64,000 bases of DNA from Camelus ferus. Taxonomy: Eukaryota. The position numbers and the translations under genes are program-made. The notes below the pieces were generated by a model. It had not been told where the DNA came from, did no database searches, and was given only the letters and a program-made list of their open reading frames with translations. Of the stretch, positions 12,020-23,330 are shown in pieces (the stretch's first letter is position 1; each line of letters begins with the position of its first letter). The DNA lies in NCBI RefSeq assembly GCF_009834535.1, contig NC_045697.1:50408001-50472000 (forward strand), written 5' to 3'.

Positions 12020-15000
12020 CAGTTTCTTTTTTTTTTTCTTGAACTTGGGTGCACAGGACTGAATTAAATATGCTTCTCAGTTAGACCTCCCATTGTTTTA
12101 ATTAGTTAATTCTTAATACCTTCCCCACAACTTCCCAACTCCTATTGGTCACCTTTCCCTCACGGTTACAACCATTCTAATATTTTACGTGAGTTTTTAT
12201 ATTTAATAAACACAAGTGTTATTTAATTAATATAATTTGTGACATTTGTAAAATGTGTATTTAATTAATGTAAGGAATTGTAAATTGTCTTAGTTTATGT
12301 CGTATCTGCTTCAGCACTACCTTTTAAAAATTTTATGTTTAAAACAAAATCTGCCTATACTACTATGAGTGTACCTCATTTGTTTCTAATGGCTGCATTG
12401 TGTTCTGCAGTGTGTACCCACCACATTTGATTTTGCCTTATTAGGTAGTCAACAGCTAGATTACGTCTAATTCTCCACTATCATAAACAACACAGCAGTG
12501 AACATCCTCATGCACGTCCCTTTGTGGGCCTATATGTCTTAGGAATATGTTCACTCTGGGTAATAGGACATATTTATTTTTAATTTGATTAAGTACTACC
12601 CAAATGGCAGTTCTAGGCTAACCTCCAACCAGTAATGTTTAAGGGTCTCTATGTCCACAAGCTTCTGCAAAAATTATTCATCTTTCTATTTTTGCAAATC
12701 TGACAGGCATAAAGAGATATTCTATTGTGTTTTTGATTTGTATTTCTGCCATTTCCAGTAAGTTTGAACATTTCTTTATATTCAGGGCCATGATATACAC
12801 AGATGAGTGCAAGGTACTTACAAAAGAGCATCCAATCAAGAATGCGAGTGGGAGCTGAGCTCCAGCCCATACCCACGCTGTGTGTCCTGGCCTGGCCTGG
12901 GACAATAGCTGTCTGGAGGAAAGGCTGACTTTTGCTAATCCTCAGCAAAGCAACATCTGGGACAGTACTAGTCCAAATAACATGGTTGTTACTCACTTAG
13001 GTTTCACATTCTAGGAATTCCTTGCTCATAAACTTTCCCCCTTTTAAGCTGAAGGTCCTGCATTTTCATGTTGATTTTTGTGTCATTCCTTACATATCAT
13101 AATCCCTTTTTGGCATTAGACATTGCATAGTTCTCCATTCTGTCAACTGTCTGTAAAATTTGTCCATGACATTCTTCTTTTAACCAAACTTCCTAATTTT
13201 GACGTAATCAAAAAAATAGTTCATTTTTCTCTGCATTGTTTTTAATTGTGAGGTTTTACTTAAATCCTTCCTCAATCTTAACTCACAAGGATATTTTCCT
13301 GCATCATTTTGTATTAACTTTACAGTGTTATATTTCACATTTGGATATTTAATCTTCATGAGATTCACCTTTGACTATGATATAAGGTAATCCTCCGATT
13401 TTATTCTTCTCCATGTTCTGAGACTCTTTTCTCTACAGTATTTGCTAAGCAGTCATTTTTTCCCTATTAATTTATAGTGCTCTCTTTATCATGCTATAAA
13501 TTGTCCCTGAGCTGTGTTGTTCCATTAGTCCTTTGTCCATGCTTACTCTAGAGTCACACTCTTTTACTACTTTACTTTGTATATGTCTTTATATAAAAGA
13601 TTTCTTGTTTTGCTTTTTTTCCCCAAAATGGCAAATTTTCACGGACTTCTTTTCTTATGTGAATTATAGAATAGGGTATATGAAGTTCTTCAAATGACCC
13701 ATTTGGAATTTTGATTAGCATTCTGTTGAATTTAAAGATTGTTCAGAAAGAGAATTAACCTGTTCACAGTCTACAGTCTAAGAGAAAGGAGTATTTATCC
13801 ATGACAGATTTCTTTGTTTTCTTTAAGAGGTATCCACATTTTTCTTAAATGAAATCTCATGTATTCATTTTCAATACATGTATATCTTACAGGTTTTTAG
13901 CAAATATGAGTGCTATTTTATCTTTTAAGATTCAGATAAATTGTCATTGGAAAGTACTATTAATTTTGGAATTTTATAATTATATCTGACAATCTCAAGG
14001 AATTATCTTACAAATTCTAATAGTTGGCATACTGATTGTATTGGCTATTCTAGATAGATTATCATATTATCTGCAAACAGGGACACATATTTATTACAAA
14101 TTCTTATATCTCTTATGTTTACTTATTTTCTTTCAATTTTAGTAAGAATTTTTGTGCTGTTTCATAATGGGCATCCTTGCCTCATTCCTAATCTTAAAGG
14201 GAAAGCATCTATAGATTTGCTACTAATTATAAATTCAGCTGTTTATTTTAGTATACAGCTTTTATCAAACACAGGAAGTGTCCTATTCCTAGTTTTAAAA
14301 TATTTTAGATTATAAGTAAATTTTGCACTTAAAGGCTTTCTCTGCCTTTAATAAGAAAACACTTTTGAACTCTATCTTGTATAATAAAAAAGTCTAATTT
14401 TTAAACTCTATTTTATATAACAATGATATACTTTCTTATGTTGAACTTTCCTTGCATTTCTGGTAAAAGCTCTACTCTCATAATGTAATTTTAAGAATAT
14501 ACTTGTGAATTTTCATATTTATGCTCATAAGTAAAATGTGCCCATATTTTTTTCCCTTATGTTGCTGTTGTACAAATTGGCACTAGCATCATACATTAAG
14601 CTGGGCAGATTTCACTCTTTCTCTATATTCTGAACAACTATAAAGTCATATGGGTTTGGTTTCTCTTTGGGTGGGTGGGGATATGAGCTCTGATCACTCC
14701 ATTTTTTATTACTTATTGGTATAAGTTTTTTATTTTTACTATTAAACATTTTTCACATTTTTGGTACTTTTGTAGACATTTATCCATTACATCTTGGGTT
14801 TTTATATATTAGTGCCATCTTGCAACCATGAGGATAGAACAGTAGCAGGAGGGAAAGGACCTGGATATTTAATATTACTATTGGACAGTTGAATTAAGCA
14901 AACTTAGAGTATCATACTTTTCTATGTCATTTATTAGAGAAAGTGATGTCTCTTTAAGCTACTAAAATTTATTTATGAATGTGAATTCTAATACTCTTTC

Positions 15001-15490
15001 TCTTTTTTTCTTACTTTTAAAATCTGTTTTTCCTGTAGGTATTTCTCCTTTTTCTGTCTACCTTTTTTAATGTATTGTCTCTTTATTTTGATCAGTTTTA
15101 ACACAGATCTATCTTATTAATTTTTCCAAAGAATAGCCTATTGGCTTTGTTATTCAATTATCTTTATCATTTATTTCTGCCCTATGTAAATATTTTTATT
15201 CCTATTTCCTTAGGTTTATTCAATTGATCTTTTTCTAAATTTTGAGTTTAATACATAGCTTAAGTTTTTTTCCTTTTTAAGCTTTTCTTATTTCTGATAA
15301 ATATGTTTAAATCTACAAACTGTCTATTAAGTACTATTTTAACTGAGTGTCATAAATTTTGACAAATAAAACATTTTCATTCAGTTCTAAGTATTTTGTA
15401 ATTTTCATTAAGATAATTTTTAACTCAGTAGATTTTTATAATGTGCAATATCCAAACATACAACAGTTTTTGTTATCCTTTAAAATTTTT
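12020..15490 (-). mobile_element. Ancient fragmented L1 (L1ME/L1M-like) with nested insertions
   Basis: T-rich antisense L1 sequence; residual ORF2-like peptide 13180..13368; gggcatccttgcctcattcctaatcttaaagggaaagc (about 14170) parallels the younger L1 at 7893-7932. Confidence 0.75.
14812..14965 (+). mobile_element. MaLR (MLT1-like) LTR fragment nested in L1
   Basis: gccatcttgcaaccatgagg...tttaagctact motifs typical of MLT1. Confidence 0.45.
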
Positions 15491-15540
15491 TCTGATTGTA
15501 TTGTATTATAACTTAAACTGCCAACCACCTCACCATCAGG

Positions 15541-15570
15541 ACACACACACACAAACACACACACACACAC
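15541..15570 (+). repeat. (CA)n microsatellite, interrupted
   Basis: acacacacacacaaacacacacacacacac. Confidence 0.9.
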
Positions 15571-15705
15571 AGAGCCATTTATGACACACACTTGGTCTCC
15601 CCAGAGAGACCTGGAAGAAGGTTAAATTTCACTGTCGAAAGTATCACTATGCTTATAGTAGACTCTCAATAAAGATTTATTAAATTAATGATTGAATGGA
15701 CATAG

Positions 15706-15760
15706 TATATGTGTATGTGCGTGTATATATATATATATAAAATATATATACATATATATG
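15706..15760 (+). repeat. (TG)/(TA)n microsatellite
   Basis: Alternating TG then TA runs. Confidence 0.85.
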
Positions 15761-16144
15761 TAATTTGAAAGGTTGGCGATTAAGGTGAATATATTTACAC
15801 AAGGTATTACTAAGGAATTATGTTGATTTCTAAGCCATGGAAGAAAACCAGTGTCATTACTTTAGTCATACTTCATAAGGGTCAAATCCATCAAACAAAG
15901 TGAACTATTAATTACTGAGTGGATGACTACCTGTTTTGACCCTGCCTAAACCTTTTACTCTGCCATTTCCTTCTGTTCCTAAGTTTACGGATACTTCTAC
16001 TTAGGACTTATGAGATGTTGCTTTTCAGTAACCTGTGCGCGCCTGGTACATAGTTGGAGTTTAATAATTATTTGTAGTTATTTATTGAATGAATGACAAA
16101 GTAGCTAAGAAGTAAGAGTTGCATTGTTCAGCAATAACCCAGCC

Positions 16145-16405
16145 ACTTCAGCAGTTGCCCCACCTATACACCCTAGGGCGATTCTGTTTCTAAGCACTTT
16201 GGCCCTTCCTATAACCCACCTGTATTTCATTGCCAGAGGACTTTCTTTGGCTACTGGAGTTCACTTTGCCTACACAGACCGGAAGTTCCAGGGAATTAAT
16301 CTCACCCACCCAAGTATTTTAAAAATTGTGAATAAAATTTTTGGATAAATATTTCAGCTTTCTTACTCTTTGAGTGGGCTAACACTAAGGTGTGCATTCT
16401 ACAGT
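16145..16405. mobile_element. ERVL LTR fragment (LTR16-like)
   Basis: cagggaattaat...ggataaata..tcagct....gagtggg..aacactaaggtgtgcattctaca resembles the LTR16 family (recalled). Confidence 0.45.
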
Positions 16406-16609
16406 GTAAGGGAAGTTTTATAGAATGGAAAACTTTGTGAAGATGAAATAGGTAGATAAAAAGTGTCATCTTATCTGAATTTGAAGAAATAAGCCAAGTA
16501 CCTTATGAGTGGCAATTTTAAACCTGCCAAATTGGTATGTAGATAGTATTCTCCAAACCAAAAACAAATACCTTGACTATAGGAAAAGTAGAAGAGATTG
16601 GAGTTTAAG

Positions 16610-16745
16610 TGAACCAGCTCTGGAGCCACAGAGCCTAATTGCCGCTTACTAGCTGTGTGGCAAGTTACATAATCTCTTTAAAGCTTACTTTTCTTACCTA
16701 TAAAATGTATTTACCTTCTAAGGAAGTTCTGAGGATTAAGTGGGC
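16610..16745 (+). mobile_element. MIR SINE
   Basis: gctctggagccacag...cttactagctgtgtggcaagttacataatctct...gaggattaagtg. Confidence 0.65.
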
Positions 16746-17544
16746 AAAGATTTGGTGAATGGGATGCTAGAAACAGATGGAAGTGTTGATGCTGGAGGCA
16801 CCTTTCATTTACGAAATTCTGCGAGATGATTGCCAAAATCATGCTTATAATTGGTTAATTTTCTCAAGGTATTCCCTTCACATTATAAAGGTTGTTTTGC
16901 TTTTCATGGGAGTAACTTAGTTGACCAGCCAGGAACCAGACCGTGAGTCATTCCATAACATTAATGTTCTTAAAAGAACACCCACCACAAATACAGACAT
17001 ATTTGTTTAAAATAGCTTAGGAAAAGAGTAACAAGTGGAGGAAAAAAAGGAGTAGATTTTAGATGCTTTATACATTTATGTCATGATATTAGGGAAAGAG
17101 GTCTCAAATCTAAATACTTCCTGGTTCTCTCGAAATGTCAAATTCAAACCTATTCTTGTGGTGATGATGATGATAAGCAGTATAATCTCTTTCTTTTATA
17201 ATATCTGTGTCTACTGTAACAGAAAGGCCATTGCATGTGTTGATTTTAGAAGCTTTCATAATTAACAGGACCTGGAAAAAGTCCTATATAGAATAAGAAA
17301 GACCAGTTTGGGATATTAGTATTTGTGGGATAAGTGACTCTACTTTATAATTTTGCCATTAAGAGTGCTTTCTAAGAAAAGCTATAAATAAACACAAAAA
17401 CATTAAAAAACAAAAAAAGGAAGGAGAAGGAACTCCTTCTACTATGATCATCTAAAGATCATCCACGTGTTGGGAGAAAAATAACCTAAAGTCTTACACT
17501 CTCAAAACTAATATTCAGACTCTCAATCTGTTTGATTAAAAAAG

Positions 17545-17550
17545 TTTAAT
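17545..17550 (-). terminator. AREG polyadenylation signal ATTAAA
   Basis: tttaat on the + strand at the end of exon 6, followed on the minus strand by a T-run and a G/T-rich downstream region. Confidence 0.8.
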
Positions 17551-17561
17551 GAGCTGTAAAA

Positions 17562-17592
17562 TAAATACACTTCCATTAAATATTAAATAAAT
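17562..17592 (-). promoter_or_regulatory. AU-rich mRNA instability element cluster
   Basis: Four ATTTA pentamers within 31 nt on the minus strand, including overlapping ATTTATTTA and a TTATTTAAT nonamer. Confidence 0.85.
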
Positions 17593-18469
17593 TATTTACA
17601 ACTTGAAAAAATACTTTTTATCTCCATGCATCTTTATGTACAGAAATAAGACTTAGCATTAAAAACTGACAATTGAAAGTTTAAAACCATCAGAACAAAA
17701 AGGTTCTGTTTTCTTATGATCCACTGAAAAGAGGAACCAACTCATCATTCATGCTTGTGACTTGGCAGCGACTCCGATCTGATACCCTGTTGGGAATTAA
17801 ATAAAGAGTTAAGGATACGCTCAATTGCAACATAGCTTTAAGAAAATGTCAAAGAATAATCAGGAATCAGAATTTCTGTCAATTTTTTTCTCTTAGAAGT
17901 CCTGCGAAAAATGCAAAGAGCTTTCTGGAAACAAACTAGCACTTTGACTTGAATCCCACTTCCAGATCTGCTTTGGTAATAGGCCTACTTAGACTGAAGA
18001 CTGCATATGCTCAAACCAGTGTCATCAAATTCAGCTTAATAAAACCACAGCAACAGTCATGAGAAATAGTTTTCCAAACCAGATCTATGCACTGGATATA
18101 ATTACAAACAAAGATTAAAATGGCTCAGTGTATTTATGATACACAGTTAATTTAAGGTAATTAGTACCAAGGGCATAATAACAGCAGCTACCAGTTAATA
18201 GGCAGCCACTATGTGCCAGCCCAGCATATTCCTTTCCCTAAAGTCACCCCAGACCTCCTTTGAGACATTTCAATTGTCCTAAATAACCAAAAATTACCCT
18301 TATTCATGTTGGTGGTTTTAGCTTCAGAACATGAAGCCAATTCATTTATACACTTTGATGAATAAGTAGTGAATATAGCATTGGCATGGATAATTATCTG
18401 TTTCATAAGTTATTGGGCTAGTTCTGTAACAGGCTCAGAACATAAGGCTTGTGTTAACCAGTGCTAAAC

Positions 18470-18595
18470 ATAGTGGTTCTCCAAGCATCTGGAGCGTTAA
18501 TTAAAAACGGAAATACTGATCTAGTAGATTTAGGATTTGGCATAGGAATATGCGTATTTAACAAGCACCTCAAGTAATTCTTGAATCCACTGGAG
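18470..18595. mobile_element. MER5-like hAT DNA transposon remnant (intron 5)
   Basis: agtggttctc...ggaatatgcgtatttaacaagcacctcaagtaattct. Confidence 0.55.
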
Positions 18596-19535
18596 GTAGA
18601 AAAGAGTAACTTAAGGATGTGACATCTTTCCTAGATGTCTTAGGAAATGGAGTTCCTTCTTCTGACCAACTTGAAGTGTGTCCTTGATCTCCTTGTCTCC
18701 CTCTTCCTCTGGAAGTTTGCTTCACTAGCTGTTCACTTCAGTTTTCTATACCTTCTTTCCTCTCCTGACCACATGCTCACCTCTCCCTTTACAAAAAAGT
18801 TTAAAATAAGAGCTACTATATATACTGTAACCAATCTATCTCTCAAATTTGCACCTCTTCTCCCTTTTATTTAAAAAGACATGCTGCCTGCTGTTTCCAC
18901 TTCCTCACATTTGTGGTGCAAGCTCCCTGACATTGGCTCGCCACCATGTGAGCTCAATCTGCCATCTCAACCTTATCTTCCCCAACACCATTTGAACTGG
19001 GCCATTTTTCAAAAGTTTCCAGTATAATCTAGTCCATCTCACAGTATGAATCTTCCTTTCCCTTTGCAGTTGCTTATCCCACTCTCATTAGTTCTTTCTT
19101 TGACGCTCACTTCCAATGCCTTCTGCACACACATCCTTTCCTGCTCCCTAAATGCATCCCACTGGATTCTCTCTCTCCTTCACTGGAAATTCCTCATATT
19201 CCATTAGTTCCTCTCTTAGGACACATACTTTGCTCCCCCTAATATTCTCGTTCCTTACAGTTTTTTTCCCCCTACCTATTAAGCACTAAGTTCTTTGAGA
19301 ATAGAATCTGTGTCTCCCTCATCATTAGATCCTTTATGATACTAAGGATATAGTCTGCTCTCAGCATTGAATTCTGTCACATGCTCAAAGAATAAGACTT
19401 TAATGTAGCCAATGTGCATATATTTAAGAAAACTTGCTTTTCTCATTTTTCTTCAGATAATAGATGTTATTTTTTAATCATAGGATATGATTTAAAGATA
19501 TCTTTCAAAACTCAAACCTGTAGCATCATCTTCAG

Positions 19536-19629
19536 TTATGCTATGGCATGTGCATTTCCATTTTCTTGTCGAAGTTTCTTTCGTTCTTCTGCTGCACCTT
19601 CATATTCCCTGAAGTATCGTTTTCGAAGC
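19536..19629 (-). CDS. AREG: AREG exon 5 coding part (cytoplasmic tail, stop TAA)
   Basis: TTCTCCAAAG acceptor; translates LRKRYFREYEGAAEERKKLRQENGNAHAIA-stop; exon continues 18 nt as UTR to donor CAG|GTTTGA at 19518/19517. Confidence 0.97.
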
Positions 19630-21222
19630 CTTTGGAGAACAAGATATTCTACTGTCATCAAAGCCCTATTCATGTATATAGTGCCTGGGGTTTTTATGAA
19701 TACAAGGAATTCTTTTGTGTGAGTCCTTATAGACCATTACATACTGATGGACCACTCCCCCAAACCAAAAACCAAACCCAGATAAAAAAGTATCACCTAT
19801 GTTCTTTTTAAGGGGATCTTTATGTTGACGTCATAAAACATACTTCCAAAGGACTGAGATTTAAATAAATGTGCCTAGAGATGCAAACTTTCAGAAGGCA
19901 TGGAACACATCCATTTTTTTCCCCCAAGCTTAGCACAATTGCCATGCACAATTGGAGGAAGAAGATAGTATAGTTTTACCATAGAAGATCTGTATGCTTA
20001 CACAAACTAATTTGAACGGTTAGATTTTTTAAAAAAAGGCTTACAAAACAAATTGAGTTTTATCTATTTGTAAATATAATCAGCACATCTAGTTTTATAT
20101 ATTACTACTTGCTACCAAAAAAGTCAATGGTCTGAAATGTCTTAGTATTGTACAAGCAATTCTATTTTTACTAGGTCTTTATCTACTAAATGTTGTAATT
20201 AAAATCCTAAGAATTTTAGTTGTGATGTTTGGGAAAAAATTAACTTCAATTATGAAAAAGCAGCTAGTATCTGCTATGTGTCTTAAATACAAGGAGAATA
20301 TAAAAGGACAAGGTTTTTCTATACTTCTACAAAGAATTTATTAAATATTCCAACTTGAATAATTACAAGTTGAAATAATTATTTCAAAACATCTTCCCTA
20401 ACTGGCAATTTCTTCTTCTATCATTCTATGTCAAATAGTAATGGTTTGTCTGAGGGTATGTTTCCTAAACACATTTGCATATCTGAGGTACTAACAGATC
20501 AAAATAATTTCTAGGCTGTGCAAAACTAATTTAAACCACACATCAAACTTTACATGCATCATAAAAGCGGTTTTTTTTAATGTGTCATTTTATTATTATC
20601 TGATCTGAGTTTAAAATAGTAGTAAACAATGGCAGAAGATAACCCCTTGTTTCCTGAATGGCAGGAGTAGTAGATCATGTACACAATCCAGTTGTTAAAG
20701 TAATTTACCAAGACCTAAAATTAGAATAATGAGTCTATTGCTTTTCCCAAGCTCTAGTAGCACATGAGTCATCACAGAGCCATTCACACCCTCCCCCAAC
20801 TTCCTTAATTCACTGACTTTTGTTTGACAGACAATGCCATTTTTACATATTCACCAGTGTCTGCTGCCTAGAACAGTCTAGTCCTAACATTCATTGGTCA
20901 TGTAGGGAAGTATGTGATCTGTTTTTATGAGCACAGGGAAGGCACTGCAGGAACAGAACAGTAATAGAATTGTCCTTGCTTCCTATGCCACGGCATATGG
21001 AGGAAATTTTTCTTTTTTAATAATTGAGTTCCCATATTGCATTTGACAATAACATAACAGGCAACATAAGCTCTAAGTCGGTTAGCACCATGCTATATTC
21101 CTAACTCAGAATTTTGCATTCTAACAGGAGCAGAAGACGTATCTTTTCTTGGCGCCTGGTCTGGTTTGAAGCTCTTTGTGATTTTTTTAGTACTAAAGCA
21201 GTATATCTGACAACCTACTCTG

Positions 21223-21385
21223 GTTTTATTTATTATTTTTTCTGGGGGGGTGAGAGATAATTAGGTTTATTTGTTTATATATATATATTTTTCTAATGGA
21301 GGTACTGGGGCTTGAACCAGGACCTCATGCATGCTACATGCATGCTAAGCACATGCTCTACCACTGAGCTATACCCTCCCTGCCC
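21223..21385 (-). mobile_element. tRNA-derived SINE (camelid-type) in AREG intron 4, sense to the gene
   Basis: Minus strand GGGAGGGTATAGCTCAGTGGTAGAGC...GGTTCAAGCCCCAGTACCTCCA plus A-rich tail; perfect 16-bp TSD ctgacaacctactctg (21207-21222 and 21386-21401). Confidence 0.93.
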
Positions 21386-21761
21386 CTGACAACCTACTCT
21401 GAATCAGGCCTTAATTAGCTTCTGGGAGGCTTGCTTAAGCTTAATACAGTCACAGAAGATACCAACACTCTGAAACTTGGAAGTAACCATGATTAAACAT
21501 AAAACATGAAACAAGACCATCAATTTTTAAGTTCAAGAAAAGGGCTTCATATATTGTTTCAATAGTGGCCAAAGTAATATATATTTGACCATATTCTGTG
21601 ATCTTTGTCAATGAAGTGCATATGAACAAATATGACCAAAGATCATGTGTCACCAACAGAATAATTCATCTAAAATTTGATACCACATTGTGATAGAAAT
21701 TACTGAAAAGAATTAACCTGGCATTATTTTGTCAGGAAATTTTAAGCCATGCCATACTTAC

Positions 21762-21917
21762 TGGACTGTAATAATGACAGCAATAGCTGTGAAGCTCATG
21801 GCAGAGACAAAGGCAGCTATGGCTGCTAAGGCAATTTTTGATAAATCACTGTCAACTATGCTGTGAGTCTTCATGGACTTTTCCCCACATCGTTCACCAA
21901 AGTATTCCTGATGACAT
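21762..21917 (-). CDS. AREG: AREG exon 4 (end of EGF domain, juxtamembrane stalk, transmembrane helix)
   Basis: TTTGCAG acceptor; translates (Q)[51 protein letters not shown](Q); donor CA|GTAAGT; 156 nt. Confidence 0.98.
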
Positions 21918-22340
21918 CTGCAAACAACCCACATTTTAAAATTATAATCACTGAAAACATTCTGTATATTTTATGTCTACTTTCCAGATCATAAACAACA
22001 ATTAATTCTAACATTAAAAAAAAAGTCATGCCATATGTTTGTATTGCAAAATGATGAGACAGAATGCATTTGACCCAAAGCTCTATTAGTATAAGAACAA
22101 GTTGAGATTAGTTTGGGTGTGATATTCCAAGAAGACACACCTTTTCATTCTTTGTGATCCTTCTATGACCAACTGATGAGTTCAGTGGCCGATTATGCAG
22201 CTAATACATTCCACTATCATTTAATGTGCTAGCGGCTTTGGGAGGGTGGGGAGCCAGAACAACATTATGTGAAAAGGACCTTTAGCTCCTTTTTAACAGG
22301 AGGTTTTATAAAATACGTATTGTAAAATGGTGGTTTCCAT

Positions 22341-22538
22341 CAGGGTTCAGCAAACTACAGCCCATGGGTCAGATCTGGCCATTTTCCAGGTCTTTTACAG
22401 CATGTTAAGACAAGAATGGTTTTTCCATTTTTAAATGGCTATATTTTAGTAGGTGATATAAGTACAAACATAGTCTTGAGCCATGAAGCTGAAAACATTT
22501 CCTATGTAGTTCTTTAAGAAAAAGTTTGCCAACCCTTG
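22341..22538 (+). mobile_element. MER58A-like hAT-Charlie element in AREG intron 3
   Basis: Terminal inverted repeats cagggttcagcaaact...agtttgccaacccttg; internal aagaatggtttttccatttttaaatgg. Confidence 0.8.
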
Positions 22539-22634
22539 GTTTATGCATTGAAGAAGATAAATGGTTTTCTGCAGCTAGAGCTTTCAGACACAGTGTTAGG
22601 AATTTAGAATTCTACATAATTTAGGGAAACTTAC

Positions 22635-22836
22635 TGGCATGTTACTGTTTCCAGGTGCTCTATATATTTGCATTCTCCATGAATACAGAAATTTTGGAAT
22701 TTTGCATCACATGGATTTTTCTTCTTTCTGTTTCTTCTATTTTTTCCATTTTTGCCTCCCTTTTTCTTTCTTTTGGGTTTATCTGAAGTCTTTTCACTTT
22801 CTGTTTTGTTTTTCTTGGGCTTAACTACCTGTTCAA
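22635..22836 (-). CDS. AREG: AREG exon 3 (heparin-binding domain and first four Cys of the EGF domain)
   Basis: TTTTTTTTCAG acceptor; translates [67 protein letters not shown]; donor CA|GTAAGT; 202 nt. Confidence 0.98.
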
Positions 22837-23199
22837 CTGAAAAAAAGAGAGAGATTTATTGACCACAGTCTCTCTTCATCTTGAATACCATTTTGGAGAC
22901 ATGAGGGAAAGAAGTCCTACCAGTGAGAAGCTAATGGGGAGAAGAGTCATATTGACCTCATTATTCAACACAATTCATACACAACAAAGGATGAAAAAAG
23001 AGAATATATTGTGTGGCACTTAAAAATCTGAACCCTTTTGTTGTATAAATGTAGAAACATGTCTTTAATTTATTTATATCAGTATTATTATTGATAATAG
23101 AAGATACTTGGTTAAGAAAATTCATTGAATATTTTAAAAACTTCTTGAATTTCTAATACATCCAAGTTCTTGGTAATGAGCAATAATTTAATTAAACCC

Positions 23200-23330
23200 A
23201 AACCAAGGTTGGATGTGTTATTACCATCCAGATGATACAAATGAGAAAAATGAAGTTGAGTGAAGACTAGTAACTTGCCCTAGGACATGTAGCTAGAAAA
23301 TGGCATAGCTGGGATGTGAAAGCCAATAAT
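23200..23330 (-). mobile_element. MIR SINE fragment (intron 2)
   Basis: tacaaatgagaaaaatgaagttgag...agtaacttgccctaggacatgtagctag. Confidence 0.6.

Larger units (their letters stand above)
17525..17786 (-). other. AREG: AREG exon 6 (non-coding 3'UTR exon)
   Basis: TTCCCAACAG acceptor at 17787; closely resembles the human AREG 3'UTR as recalled; contains an ARE cluster and ATTAAA. Confidence 0.9.

Noticed and set aside
19414..19811. Plus-strand ORFs over AREG exon 5 (similarly over exons 2 and 3)
   Set aside because: Antisense shadows of coding exons with no independent support
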